64,000 bases of DNA from Actinomycetes bacterium (GCA_038246545.1 JBBRVW010000001.1:11473-75472); one strand, 5' to 3'. Positions 8,224 through 17,616 are shown, counted from the first letter of the stretch. Program-made: numbers and translations. The notes: a model not told the origin generated them from the letters alone.

Positions 8224-9183
8224 TCAGGGCAGGGCTGTCCCGGCCGTCAGCAGCGGCCCGAAGAGATCCCCGACCTCGTCGACCCGTTCGAGCACCTGCT
8301 CGGCGCGGTACCGGACGTCCTCGGGGCGCCGCACGGCCGCGACCTCGTCCCAGCTGAGGGGCGTCGACACCCAGGGCTCCGGCCGGGCCCGCAGCGCGTA
8401 CGGCGCGACCGTGGTCTTCGCCGCGTTGTTCTGGCTCCAGTCCACGAACACCTGGCCGCGACGCAGCTCCTTGCGCATCTGCGAGACGACCAGCTTCGGG
8501 TGCGACGACTCCAGTCGTCGCGCGAGGTCGTGCGCGTAGTCCGACGTACGACGGTCGCTGGCCGGCTCGACCGACGCGTACACCTGGATCCCCTTGGAGC
8601 CGGACGACTTCACCACCGGGTCGAGCCCGTCGGCGACCAGGATGTCGCGCAGCAGCAGGGCGACCTCGGCGCACTCGACAGCGGTCGCGGGCTCGCCCGG
8701 GTCGAGGTCGAGCACCAGCCGGTCGGGGTCGTGTGCGCCGCCGCGCGGTCCGACCCGCCACTGCGGCACGTGCAGCTCCAACGCGGCGAGGTTCGCCGCC
8801 CACACCAGCGTCGGGAGGTCACCCACGACGACGTAGTCGAGCGTCTCCCGGTCGACCTTGGTGCTGCCAGGAGCCGGCAGGTTGACGGTACGGACCCAGT
8901 CCGGCGTTCCCTGCGGGGCGTTCTTGGCGAAGAAGCCCTTCCTGTCGGTGCCGTCGGGGAACCGCTGGAAGGACATCGGACGGTCAGCGACGTACGGCAG
9001 CAGGACCGGTGCGATGCGCGCGTAGTAGTCGACGACCTCGCCCTTGGTGAAGCCGTCCGGGTAGAGCACCTTGTCGAGGTTGGACAGCGACAGGCGTCGG
9101 CCGTCGACCTCGACGGTGGAGCGTTCGGGCACGACGCCATCCTGCCCCTCGACTCCTCCGGTACGCCGGAAGGGCCCGACCAC
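8224..9183 (-). CDS. stand-alone LigD polymerase/primase domain (NHEJ PolDom, archaeo-eukaryotic primase fold)
   Basis: VEVDGRRLSLSNLDKVLYP, RFPDG, KSSGSKGIQVY and FVDWSQN are characteristic of the LigD Pol domain. No ligase or Ku ORF adjoins it in this window. Confidence 0.85.
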   Translation of the reverse strand: MVGPFRRTGGVEGQDGVVPERSTVEVDGRRLSLSNLDKVLYPDGFTKGEVVDYYARIAPVLLPYVADRPMSFQRFPDGTDRKGFFAKNAPQGTPDWVRTVNLPAPGSTKVDRETLDYVVVGDLPTLVWAANLAALELHVPQWRVGPRGGAHDPDRLVLDLDPGEPATAVECAEVALLLRDILVADGLDPVVKSSGSKGIQVYASVEPASDRRTSDYAHDLARRLESSHPKLVVSQMRKELRRGQVFVDWSQNNAAKTTVAPYALRARPEPWVSTPLSWDEVAAVRRPEDVRYRAEQVLERVDEVGDLFGPLLTAGTALP

Positions 9184-9276
9184 GGTGCGGTGGTCGGGCC
9201 CTTCCTGGTGGTGCCCCGAGGTGGGGCGGTGCCTCCGATGTGCTGCCAGTCGTTCTCGGTGAGCCCTGAGGACGGC

Positions 9277-9447
9277 TCAGCCGATGACAGCGGAGGCGAG
9301 GAGGCGGCGGGCGCGCAGCGCGGCCTGCTCGGCCCGTCGGTGCGCCCGGTGGGCGGCGACGAGCCGGTGGGCCCGCTCACGGCGGACCGCCTCCTCGAGA
9401 CGCTGTGCCGCATGGGCACGCGCCAGGTCCTCGTGCATGAGTTGCAT
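9277..9447 (-). CDS. small Arg/Ala-rich helical protein (56 aa), hypothetical
   Basis: AGGAG, 7 nt, then ATG gives MQLMHEDLARAHAAQRLEEAVRRERAHRLVAAHRAHRRAEQAALRARRLLASAVIG. Confidence 0.3.
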   Translation of the reverse strand: MQLMHEDLARAHAAQRLEEAVRRERAHRLVAAHRAHRRAEQAALRARRLLASAVIG

Positions 9448-9548
9448 CTCGGTGCTCCTGTTCAGGACGTGTGTCTGGTGGACGGTGCGGGTCGGCTCGG
9501 TGGGCTCGACGTCGAGAGCGCGGACGCTCTGACGGATCTGTCGGGCCC

Positions 9549-9893
9549 TCACGCGGCGACCTCGGACTTGCGGGGACGGCCGCGCGGCCTCTTGCGAGCG
9601 ACGACGACGCCGTGGACGAACCACTCGCCACCCCAGACGCCCCACGGCTCGCGACGCTCGAGGGCGCCGGACAAGCAGGCAAGGCGGGCAGGGCAGTCGA
9701 GGCAGAGCGTCTTGGCGTGCTCGACGTCCGCGGGCGAGTCGGCGAAGAACAGCTCCGGGTCGTTGACCCGGCAGGGCAGCTGTTCGTCGACCACACGCTG
9801 GGTGAGGTCGGCGAGGCCCGGGAGTGCGGTGAGTGCCGTCAGGTTGTCGACGACGCTGGTGCGCTGGTCGGGCTCGAGTGCGGCGAGCTGCAT
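9549..9893 (-). CDS. whiB7: WhiB7-family transcriptional regulator (WhiB-like Fe-S protein with C-terminal AT-hook)
   Basis: Four Cys (C-x22-C-x2-C-x5-C: LPCRV...KTLCLDCPARLAC), the Trp motif EPWGVWGGEW, and the AT-hook RKRPRGRPRK. Preferred start is M27 of the track ORF (GGAGGTG, 6 nt, ATG). The track start at 9971 has a weak SD. Confidence 0.85.
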   Translation of the reverse strand: MQLAALEPDQRTSVVDNLTALTALPGLADLTQRVVDEQLPCRVNDPELFFADSPADVEHAKTLCLDCPARLACLSGALERREPWGVWGGEWFVHGVVVARKRPRGRPRKSEVAA

Positions 9894-10024
9894 GGGTGTC
9901 ACCTCCGTACGGTCTGGGGTGGTCAGCGGTCGGCTGAGCACCGGCTTCTCGTGATCGGTCTGGAGAGCCATCAGGTGGGTCTCTCGGTTCCAGGGCCCCG
10001 GTAGGGGCCGGTCGGACGGGCGGA

Positions 10025-10069
10025 CAAACGAAAAGGCCGCGGATCCCGGGTATCGGGTTCCGCGGCCTT
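10025..10069 (-). terminator. intrinsic terminator (attenuator) in the whiB7 leader
   Basis: Sense strand reads GGCCGCGGA-ACCCGATACCCGGGA-TCCGCGGCC, a perfect 9-bp GC stem plus an inner CCCG/CGGG pair, followed by TTTTCGTTTG. It sits about 25 nt after the leader-ORF stop and upstream of whiB7. Coordinates are hand-counted, +/-2. Confidence 0.6.
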
Positions 10070-10094
10070 GGAGGCGCCGGTGAGGAGGTGAGTC

Positions 10095-10400
10095 CTAGAC
10101 CGGTGGGCTCCAGGTGCGGATCCCCGCGTCACCGTCGAAGTCGACGACGACGCTGATCGGGAGCAGTGCGGTGGCCTTCGCAGCGGCGGCCAGGTGGGTG
10201 GTGCGGACGTCGATCCGGTCGCGCATGGCGACGGACAGAGTGGTCCCCTGGGCCGGCGGGACGACGGGCGCGAGAACACGCGCACCGCCCTCGTGGCCGA
10301 ACGCCGTCCACGTGCTCGGAGCAGCCGCGGAGCGGGTGCCGACGGGGGCACCGGACAGCGCGAACGGCGAGCACGCGTTCGACGTCTTGATGTTCTCCAC
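10095..10400 (-). CDS. upstream/leader ORF (about 101 aa) in the whiB7 5' region
   Basis: GGAGGTG, 8 nt, then GTG gives MENIKTSNACSPFALSGAPVGTRSAAAPSTW...HLAAAAKATALLPISVVVDFDGDAGIRTWSPPV. Its stop (TAG) lies immediately before the terminator hairpin, which is the classic attenuation geometry. The track ORF begins 5 codons earlier at a GTG with no SD. Confidence 0.4.
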   Translation of the reverse strand: MENIKTSNACSPFALSGAPVGTRSAAAPSTWTAFGHEGGARVLAPVVPPAQGTTLSVAMRDRIDVRTTHLAAAAKATALLPISVVVDFDGDAGIRTWSPPV

Positions 10401-10458
10401 GATGCCCACCTCCACTTCTGGTCCGGGCCCTTCCGGGCGTGGCCGGTCTGCATGACCG

Positions 10459-10507
10459 ATGCAGGAAGACTAGGGAAGCCCTCCGTCAGGTGCAATCATT
10501 TTTTTGA
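10459..10507 (-). promoter_or_regulatory. sigma-A-type promoter with an adjacent AT-rich tract (candidate WhiB7 autoregulatory site)
   Basis: Sense strand reads TCAAAAAAATGA-TTGCAC-(17 nt)-TAGTCT. The AT-rich tract abuts the -35 hexamer and the spacing to the -10 is canonical. It is the only AT-rich patch in the GC-rich intergenic region. Confidence 0.5.
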
Positions 10508-10560
10508 CTGCTGTCGCGAGTCCTTACCGATCTGTGACCTGGCGGCACCGGAATGCCGCC

Positions 10561-12675
10561 TCAGAGGTCCAGCCCGTCCTGCTTCGTCCCGACTCCGGCG
10601 GAGACCCCGGGCGGCGGCTCGCCGGCGACGATGGCGAGGACGTCGGCGCCGTACTTCTCCAGCTTGGAGCGGCCGATCCCGGAGACGGCGAGCAGCTCGC
10701 GCTCCGAGGCGGGCCTGACCTCGGCCAGCGCCGTGAGCGTGGCGTCGGTGAACACGACGTAGGCCGGGACGCTGGCGGCCTTGGCCTGGTCGGCCCGCCA
10801 GCTGCGCAGCCGCTCGAACATCTCCTCGTCGTAGGACGACGGGCAGTCGACGCAGCGGCCGAGCTTGCGCGCCAGGGCGTCGGTGAGCGCCTTGCCGCAG
10901 ACCCGGCAGGAGGCCGGGCCCTTGCGGCCCTTGCGCCCGCGGGCGGCCGGCGGCTGCGCCGAGCGGCTGACCATGCCGTCGAGGAACCGCGACGGGCGGC
11001 GCCCGGCCCGGCCGCCGGGCGAGCGCGACAGCGCCCACGTGACGGACAGGTCGCGCCGCGCCCGGGTGATGGCCACGTAGAAGAGCCGGCGCTCCTCGTC
11101 GACCTGCTCGGGGCTCTCGGCGTAGGTGATGGGGAGCATGCCCTCGTTGACGCCGACGACGAAGACGGCGTCCCACTCGAGGCCCTTTGCCGCGTGCAGC
11201 GACGCGAGAGTGACGCCGTCGACCGTGGGCGCGTGCTGCGCGTCGGCCCGCTCGTCGAGCTCGGCGACGAAGTCGCGCAGGGTGGCACCGGGGCGGGCCG
11301 TGGCGAGGTCGTCGGCGAGCCGTGCCAGTGCGGCGAGGGACTCCCACCGCTCGCGGACGGCGCCACCGCCTGCCGGTGGCTCGGCCGCCCAGCCCCCGCC
11401 GCTCAGCACGGCGCGCACGGTGTCCGACAGGTCGTCAGCATCGGCCGAGCGGGCCGCACCGCGCAGCAGCAGTCGCGCCTCGCGGACCTCGGCGCGCTCG
11501 AAGAACCGCTGGCCGCCGTGCAGGACGTAGGGGATGCCGGCGTCGGCCAGCGCCTGCTCGTAGCTCTCGCTCTGGCCGTTGGTGCGGAACAGGACGGCGG
11601 CCTCGCTCGCCGGGGTGCCGCCCGCGATCAGCTCGGCGATACGGGCGGCGACGTGGCGCGCCTCGGCCGGCTCGTCGGGCAGCTCGCGCAGGTCGGGCTC
11701 CGGCCCGGGCTCGCGCTGCGCCACCAGCTCGAGCGCAGTGCGGCGACCGGCGGGACTGCCGGTGACGACCCGGTTGGCAAGAGCGACCACCTGTGGTGTC
11801 GAGCGGTAGTCGCGCACCAGCCGCACCTCGCGGGCGCTCGGGTGGCGTCGACGGAACCCGAGGAGGAACTCCGGCGAGGCGCCCGCGAAGGTGTAGATGG
11901 TCTGGTTGGGGTCGCCGACGACGCAGACCTGCTCGCTGTCGCCGAGCCACTGGTCGAGCAGCGCCTGCTGCAGCGGGCTGACGTCCTGGTACTCGTCGAC
12001 CACGAGGTGCTGGTACTGCGAGCGGACCGCGTCGGCCACCTGGCGGTGCTCGGCGATCAGCCCGACGGTGTAGAGCAGGACGTCCTCGAAGTCGATGACG
12101 TGCCGGTCGCGCTTGACCGCCTCGTAGGCCGACAGCAGCCGGACGACGGTTGCCGGGTCGAGCCCGGCCGGCCCGGCGCGCCCGGCCTTGGCCGCCGCCG
12201 CGGGGTAGTCGTCGCGGTCGGTCATGGTGACCTTGACCCACTCGACCTCGCCGCTGAGGTCGCGCACGGTGGCCCGGTCGGTGGGCAGCCGGAGCCGGCC
12301 CGCAGCCTCGGCGACCAGGCCGGCCTTGTGCGACACGAGGTCGGGCAGCTCGCCTCCGACGTGCCGCGGCCAGAAGTAGCGCAGCTGGCGCAGCGCGGCG
12401 GCGTGGAACGTGCGCGCCTGGACGCCGCCGGCACCGAGGTCGCGCAACCGGGTGCGCATCTCGCCGGCGGCCCGGGCCGTGAAGGTGACGGCCAGCACCC
12501 GCTGCGGGACGTAGACGCCGGCGGCGACACCGTGGGCGATGCGGTGGGTGATCGCACGGGTCTTGCCGGTGCCGGCGCCCGCGAGCACGCAGAGCGGCCC
12601 GTCGAGCGTGCTCGCCACCTCGCGCTGCTCGGGGTCGAGCGCCGCGAGCAGCTCGTCGGAGGTGGGGGCCGGCAC
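10561..12675 (-). CDS. uvrD2: UvrD-family helicase with C-terminal tetra-Cys module and HRDC domain (UvrD2-type)
   Basis: GAGTGKT, DEYQD, DPNQTIY, HAAKGLEWD and FYVAITRAR helicase motifs, then CRVCGK...CVDCP and a C-terminal HRDC-like region (VFTDATLTALA...LLAVSGIG). Confidence 0.9.
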   Translation of the reverse strand: MPAPTSDELLAALDPEQREVASTLDGPLCVLAGAGTGKTRAITHRIAHGVAAGVYVPQRVLAVTFTARAAGEMRTRLRDLGAGGVQARTFHAAALRQLRYFWPRHVGGELPDLVSHKAGLVAEAAGRLRLPTDRATVRDLSGEVEWVKVTMTDRDDYPAAAAKAGRAGPAGLDPATVVRLLSAYEAVKRDRHVIDFEDVLLYTVGLIAEHRQVADAVRSQYQHLVVDEYQDVSPLQQALLDQWLGDSEQVCVVGDPNQTIYTFAGASPEFLLGFRRRHPSAREVRLVRDYRSTPQVVALANRVVTGSPAGRRTALELVAQREPGPEPDLRELPDEPAEARHVAARIAELIAGGTPASEAAVLFRTNGQSESYEQALADAGIPYVLHGGQRFFERAEVREARLLLRGAARSADADDLSDTVRAVLSGGGWAAEPPAGGGAVRERWESLAALARLADDLATARPGATLRDFVAELDERADAQHAPTVDGVTLASLHAAKGLEWDAVFVVGVNEGMLPITYAESPEQVDEERRLFYVAITRARRDLSVTWALSRSPGGRAGRRPSRFLDGMVSRSAQPPAARGRKGRKGPASCRVCGKALTDALARKLGRCVDCPSSYDEEMFERLRSWRADQAKAASVPAYVVFTDATLTALAEVRPASERELLAVSGIGRSKLEKYGADVLAIVAGEPPPGVSAGVGTKQDGLDL

Positions 12676-12872
12676 CCGGTCATCCTCGCAGCGGCCCGGA
12701 ACACCGCGGACCGCCGGTGCACAGGCGCACCCAGGCGTGTGCGGGACGTCACAGGGGCGCGCCGGGAAGGAGGGGGCCGCCGGTGGGCGTTGACCAGGGT
12801 GTCAGTGGGCAGAAAGCCCGTGCTCGTCCCGTCCCCGTCGAGAGGTCCCGCCCCGTGTCGTCGAGCGTCACG

Positions 12873-13097
12873 ATGTACAGCACCGTCTGGTGCGGCTACT
12901 GCCGCCGGCTGAAGGACCAGATGGACCGCGAGGGGATCTCCTTCCAGGTCGTCGACATCGAGGACGACCCGTTCGCCGCCGACCTGGTGATGAGCGTGAA
13001 CGGCGGGAAGCAGACCGTGCCCACCCTGGTCTTCGCCGACGGCTCCGCGCTGACCAACCCGAGCATCAAGGACGTCAAGGCCAAGCTCGCCGCGTGA
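12873..13097 (+). CDS. glutaredoxin-like protein (mycoredoxin/NrdH-type, CGYC active site)
   Basis: MYSTVWCGYCRRLKDQMDREGISFQVVDIEDDP...TVPTLVFADG. An internal ATG is used rather than the long track ORF start. Confidence 0.8.
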   Translation: MYSTVWCGYCRRLKDQMDREGISFQVVDIEDDPFAADLVMSVNGGKQTVPTLVFADGSALTNPSIKDVKAKLAA

Positions 13098-13148
13098 GGC
13101 GTCCGGGGCCGTTGACCTGACGCCCCGCGACGACCAGCCTGGGGGGCC

Positions 13149-13538
13149 ATGACCGGCCGGGTGGTTCACTTCGAGGTCCCGTTCGAGGACCAGCAGCGCG
13201 CGTCCGACTTCTACTCCGAGGCGTTCGGCTGGCAGCTGCAGCCGCTCCCCGAGATGTCCTACGTGATGGTCACGACCGGGCCCACGACGCCGATGGGCGG
13301 CGGGCCGCAGGAACCCGGCTTCGTCAACGGCGGCATGCTCGCGCGCAGCGCCGGGCACACCACGCCCGTCGTCACGATCGAGGTGGACGACCTGGACGCC
13401 GCGCTCGCGGAGATCGAGCGGCTCGGCGGCAGCGTCGTCGAGGGCAGGACGGTCGTCGGCGACATGGGCTGGAGCGGCTACTTCCGCGACACCGAGGGCA
13501 ACGTCATGGGTCTCTGGGAGTCCGCGCCGCGCAGCTGA
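13149..13538 (+). CDS. VOC/glyoxalase-family protein
   Basis: HFEVPFEDQQRASDFYSEAFGWQ...GYFRDTEGNVMGLWE. Confidence 0.8.
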   Translation: MTGRVVHFEVPFEDQQRASDFYSEAFGWQLQPLPEMSYVMVTTGPTTPMGGGPQEPGFVNGGMLARSAGHTTPVVTIEVDDLDAALAEIERLGGSVVEGRTVVGDMGWSGYFRDTEGNVMGLWESAPRS

Positions 13539-13555
13539 GCACAGCCCGACGTACG

Positions 13556-14422
13556 GTGACGATCATGCGCTTCGCCATCAAGACCATGCCCGAGCACACG
13601 ACCTGGCAGGCCATGCTCGACGTGTGGCGGGAAGCCGACGACATCGACCTCTTCGAGTCGGCGTGGAACTGGGACCACTTCTACCCGTTGACCGGTGACC
13701 ACACCGGAGCCAACTTCGAGGGCTGGACGATGATCGCCGCCATGGCCCAGGCCACCCGGCGGATTCGGATCGGCTGCCAGGTCACCGGAATGATCTACCG
13801 CCACCCCGTGGTGCTGGCGAACATGGCCGCGACGGTCGACCACATCTCCGACGGTCGGCTCGAGCTCGGGCTCGGCGCCGCCTGGAACGAGGAGGAGACG
13901 ACGGCGTACGGCATCCCGCTGCCGCCGCTCAAGGAGCGCTTCGACCGCTTCGACGAGGGCCTCGACGTCATCGTCGGCCTGCTCACCCAGGAGACCGTGA
14001 CCTACGACGGGCGGTACGTGCAGCTCACCGACGCCCGTTGCGAGCCGAAGCCGGTGCAGCGACCGATGCCGCCGATCACCATCGGCGGGAGCGGGCCGAC
14101 GCGGACACTGCGCGCGGTGGCGCGCCACGCGCAGCAGTGGAACGCCATCACCGGGTCGCCGGCGGAGTGGCAGGGCCACCACGAGGTGCTTGTCGAGCGG
14201 TGCGCCGAGATCGGCCGCGACCCGGCCGAGATCCTGTGCTCGGTCAACGCCCGAGTCCTCAAGGAGGGCTCGACGAAGGACTGGGCGGCACAGGTGGCCC
14301 AGCTCGGCAGCGAGTACGCGGAGGTGGGCGTCGGGCTGCTCGTGGTCAACGTCCCGAACCCGCACGACCCGGCCGACCTCGAGCCGCTCGCCGAGGCCCT
14401 CCGTCCCCTCGTCACCGCCTGA
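13556..14422 (+). CDS. luciferase-like monooxygenase (LLM) family, probably an F420-dependent oxidoreductase
   Basis: TIM-barrel LLM motifs: FAIKTMPE, WNWDHF, LELGLGAAW. Confidence 0.8.
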   Translation: MTIMRFAIKTMPEHTTWQAMLDVWREADDIDLFESAWNWDHFYPLTGDHTGANFEGWTMIAAMAQATRRIRIGCQVTGMIYRHPVVLANMAATVDHISDGRLELGLGAAWNEEETTAYGIPLPPLKERFDRFDEGLDVIVGLLTQETVTYDGRYVQLTDARCEPKPVQRPMPPITIGGSGPTRTLRAVARHAQQWNAITGSPAEWQGHHEVLVERCAEIGRDPAEILCSVNARVLKEGSTKDWAAQVAQLGSEYAEVGVGLLVVNVPNPHDPADLEPLAEALRPLVTA

Positions 14423-14558
14423 CCACCGCCGTCCCACGTCCGCCCTCGGGTGATCGTTGGCAACGTGCGTGACAACACGTCGTACCGCCCGACGGCGTGT
14501 TGCCGCCGAACGTCGCACCCGAGCGACCAACAGCGCGGCGGCCACCGACAGCGGCCGG

Positions 14559-15182
14559 TCAGAGGTCGAGGACGTAGTGGTCGCCGTCGGGTCGGAACCC
14601 GAGGTCGGCGTAGTACGGCGCCACCATGCCGGGCGGGGTGAGCACCCGGCGGTAGCCGCGGTCGCGGAACAGCCCACTGCGGCGGTAGACGAACTCGCCG
14701 GGGGCGAAGTCGCGGAACCGCGGCGTGACGTAGTCGAGCTCGACCTGCGCGACGTCCTCGTCGGCCCGCCGCGCGACGACCACCCCGACCGTCTCGTCCC
14801 CGTGCACGACGAGGAACGCCGAGCGGCGCGCGGCCGGGTCGAGGACGGCGAGGCCCTCGAAGGCCGGGAAGAACTTCCGCACGTCGTCGCCGTGCACCGC
14901 GAGGACGTGCCGGAGGTAGGCGTCGTCCAGCCCGACCTCGAGCACCTCGTAGGCCGCCTCGTCGTGCCGCTCGGACGCCAGCTTGCGGATGAACCACACG
15001 TTGATGCCGGCGAGGACGGCGTTCATGGCGACCATCGGCCAGATGCCGAGCAGCGCATTGAAGGCGACGAGGACGACGGACGCCGTGAGGTTGAGGACCC
15101 GGAACCGCAGCACCCGCGCCTGCACCAGGGAGTAGATCAGCAGCGCCGACCCGGCCCAGCCGAGCGCGTCCAGCCACCCCAT
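14559..15182 (-). CDS. membrane protein (N-terminal transmembrane helices plus soluble C-terminal domain)
   Basis: Hydrophobic N-term (ALLIYSLVQ..., VVLVAFNALLGIWPMVAMNAVLAGINVWF). Its ATG is 2 nt after the nudC stop, so it is the last gene of the same operon. Confidence 0.55.
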   Translation of the reverse strand: MGWLDALGWAGSALLIYSLVQARVLRFRVLNLTASVVLVAFNALLGIWPMVAMNAVLAGINVWFIRKLASERHDEAAYEVLEVGLDDAYLRHVLAVHGDDVRKFFPAFEGLAVLDPAARRSAFLVVHGDETVGVVVARRADEDVAQVELDYVTPRFRDFAPGEFVYRRSGLFRDRGYRRVLTPPGMVAPYYADLGFRPDGDHYVLDL

Positions 15183-15183
15183 G

Positions 15184-16128
15184 TCAGCCCCCGGCGTTCT
15201 CGGTCAGCGGACCGCCGTACCAGTGCTCGATGAGGCGCCGTGAGATGGAGATCGACGGCGACGCGTGCAGCCGGCCGCTGGCCACGTCGGCGGCCAGCTC
15301 CGCGCGGGTGTACCAGCGAACGTCGGCGATCTCACCGTCGTGCATCGTCACGTCGGTGCCGCATGCGTGCGCTGTGAAGCCGAGCATCAGGCTGGACGGG
15401 AACGGCCAGGGCTGGCTGCCGAGGTAGCCGACGGCGTCGACCTCGATGCCGACCTCCTCGAGCACCTCTCGCCGGACCGCGGCCTCCAGTGACTCACCGG
15501 GCTCGACGAAGCCGGCCAGCGTCGAGTAGCGCCCCTCGGGCCAGGTGGTCTGCCGGCCGAGGAGCAGCCGGTCGTCGTCGTCGAGGACGAGCATGATGAC
15601 GGCGGGGTCGGTGCGCGGGTAGTGCTCGCTGCCGTCGACCGGGCAGCGCCGGGTGTGACCGGCGTTCTCGGCCGTGGTCGGCGACCCGCAGCGCGGGCAG
15701 AACCGGTGCGTCGCGTGCCAGTTCGCGAGCGACACCGTGTGCACGACCAGCCCGGCCTCGAGGTCGTCGAGCTCGGCACCGACCTCGCGCAGCCCGAGGT
15801 ACGACGGCGCGTGCTCGTCACCGGTGTCGAGGCCCTCCTCGATCGCCGCGAGGTAGGCGACCCCGTCGTGCGTGCCGAGCAGCACCCGACGGTCGGCCGG
15901 CACGTCGGGACGGCCGTCGAGGTCAAGCCGCAGCCCGTCCGGCTGCATCGCGACCCGACCGTCGCGGACCCGGACGACCCGGCTCGCCGGGTCGGACCAG
16001 GCCGCCGCGAGCCAGGCCGCGTCGGTCCGGCGCAGCGCGTCCCGGTCGACGACGGCGCGGCTGAGGGCCAGCCCGGGCAGGTCGTGGTGCACCGGGTCGG
16101 AAGCCGGCCCGTGGGATCCGCCGGTCAC
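15184..16128 (-). CDS. nudC: NAD+ diphosphatase NudC (NUDIX with zinc ribbon)
   Basis: CPRCGSPT...RRCPVDGSEHYPRTDP zinc ribbon, then the NUDIX box GFVEPGESLEAAVRREVLEEVGI. The GTG start overlaps the upstream stop (GTGA). The 187-aa N-terminal extension of the track ORF is rejected. Confidence 0.85.
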   Translation of the reverse strand: MTGGSHGPASDPVHHDLPGLALSRAVVDRDALRRTDAAWLAAAWSDPASRVVRVRDGRVAMQPDGLRLDLDGRPDVPADRRVLLGTHDGVAYLAAIEEGLDTGDEHAPSYLGLREVGAELDDLEAGLVVHTVSLANWHATHRFCPRCGSPTTAENAGHTRRCPVDGSEHYPRTDPAVIMLVLDDDDRLLLGRQTTWPEGRYSTLAGFVEPGESLEAAVRREVLEEVGIEVDAVGYLGSQPWPFPSSLMLGFTAHACGTDVTMHDGEIADVRWYTRAELAADVASGRLHASPSISISRRLIEHWYGGPLTENAGG

Positions 16129-17561
16129 CGCGGCAGCGACCGGGCGAGCTCGTCCCACAGGAGTGCAGCTGCCTCGGCGCCCTTGCTCAGCAGCGGGATC
16201 TCGACCTTCTCGTTCGGTGCGTGCCAGCCGTCGTCCGGCAGGCTGACGCCGAGGAAGACCACCGGCGCCCCGGTGGCGTCCTGCAGGTCGGCCTCCGGGC
16301 CGGAGCCACCCTCGCGCGTGTAGAGCACCTCGGTGCCGAACGCCGCCGACATCGCGCGGGTCACCGCCTCGAGCGCGGGGTGGTCGAGCGGGGTGAGGCA
16401 GGGCCGCACCCCCGGGCCGTACCAGCGCATCGACCAGGCGATGCCGGCCGGCACGACGGTCGCGAGCCACGCCTCGAACTTCCGCTGGACGTCCCCCGGG
16501 TCCTGCCCGGCGACCAGCCGGAAGGACACCTTCGCGTGGCCCTCGCTGGCGACGATCGTCTTGTGGCCCTCGCCGGTGTAGCCGCCCCAGATGCCGTTGA
16601 CCTCGGCGGTCGGGCGGGCCCATACCCGCTCGAGCGTGCTGAAGCCCTTCTCGCCGTACGCCGACTCGCTGCGGGCGTTGGCCAGCCACGCCTTCTCGTC
16701 GAACGGCAGCCTCGCGATCAGCGCGCGCTCGTCGTCGGTGAGGTCGACGACGCCGTCGTAGAACCCGTCGACGGTGACGTGCCCGTCGTCGTCGTGCAGC
16801 GCCGCGAGCACCCGGGCCATCTCGGTGAGCGGGTTGCGGATCGCGCCGCCGAACGACCCGGAGTGCACGTCGCCCGTCGGGCCGCGGAAGTCGACCTGGC
16901 CGTCAGTCATGCCGCGCATGCCGACGCACACGGTCGGCGCCTCACGGGACCACATGCCCGTGTCGCTCACCACGACGACGTCGGCGGCGACCCGCGCCTG
17001 CTGCTCGGCGAGCAGGGCGGCGAAGTGCGGGGAGCCGGACTCCTCCTCGCCCTCGACGATCATCTTGAGGTTGACCGCGGGGGTGGAGCGGCCGGTCGCC
17101 GCGAGGTGCGCGGTGACGCCGAGGGTGTGGAACCACACCTGGCCCTTGTCGTCGGCCGCGCCCCGGGCGTGCAGCCGCTCCCCCACCACGGTGGGCTCGA
17201 ACGGCGGGTGCTCCCAGAGCTCCAGCGGCGTCACCGGCTGCACGTCGTGGTGCCCGTAGACCAGAACGGTCGGCGCGCCCGGGTCGTCGCTGGGCCACTC
17301 GGCGAACACCGCCGGCAGGCCGGCCGTCTCCCACACCTCGACGACGGGAAAGCCGGTGCGGCGCAAGGCGTCGGCCAGGTGCTCGGCCGAGCGGCGGACA
17401 TCGCCGTGGTGCGCGGTGTCGCCGGAGATCGAGGGGATCCGCAACCACTCCACGAGACCTGCCAGCATCTCGTCCGCACCCTCGGCGACCGCCGCGCGGA
17501 CGGCGGCGATCACATCCCGGCTGGCGGCAGGGTCTGTCTCGGTGGCGCTCACCTGCGGCAC
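16125..17561 (-). CDS. M20 family dipeptidase
   Basis: VYGHHDVQP, GAADDKGQ, EGEEESGS and a dimerisation-domain pattern. Confidence 0.85.
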   Translation of the reverse strand: MPQVSATETDPAASRDVIAAVRAAVAEGADEMLAGLVEWLRIPSISGDTAHHGDVRRSAEHLADALRRTGFPVVEVWETAGLPAVFAEWPSDDPGAPTVLVYGHHDVQPVTPLELWEHPPFEPTVVGERLHARGAADDKGQVWFHTLGVTAHLAATGRSTPAVNLKMIVEGEEESGSPHFAALLAEQQARVAADVVVVSDTGMWSREAPTVCVGMRGMTDGQVDFRGPTGDVHSGSFGGAIRNPLTEMARVLAALHDDDGHVTVDGFYDGVVDLTDDERALIARLPFDEKAWLANARSESAYGEKGFSTLERVWARPTAEVNGIWGGYTGEGHKTIVASEGHAKVSFRLVAGQDPGDVQRKFEAWLATVVPAGIAWSMRWYGPGVRPCLTPLDHPALEAVTRAMSAAFGTEVLYTREGGSGPEADLQDATGAPVVFLGVSLPDDGWHAPNEKVEIPLLSKGAEAAALLWDELARSLPR

Positions 17562-17616
17562 CCTACGACGCCGTCCGCGCGCCCTTGACCGGCCGGTCGG
17601 CGCGTAGGGTCAGCCG

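Noticed and set aside
15184-16689. 501-aa version of the nudC ORF; 596-aa version of 18767..20557; 1568-aa read-through ORF 20951..25657
   Set aside because: The N-terminal extensions are low-complexity and overlap the preceding gene. Conserved domains begin at internal GTG/ATG starts that coincide with GTGA stop-start junctions.
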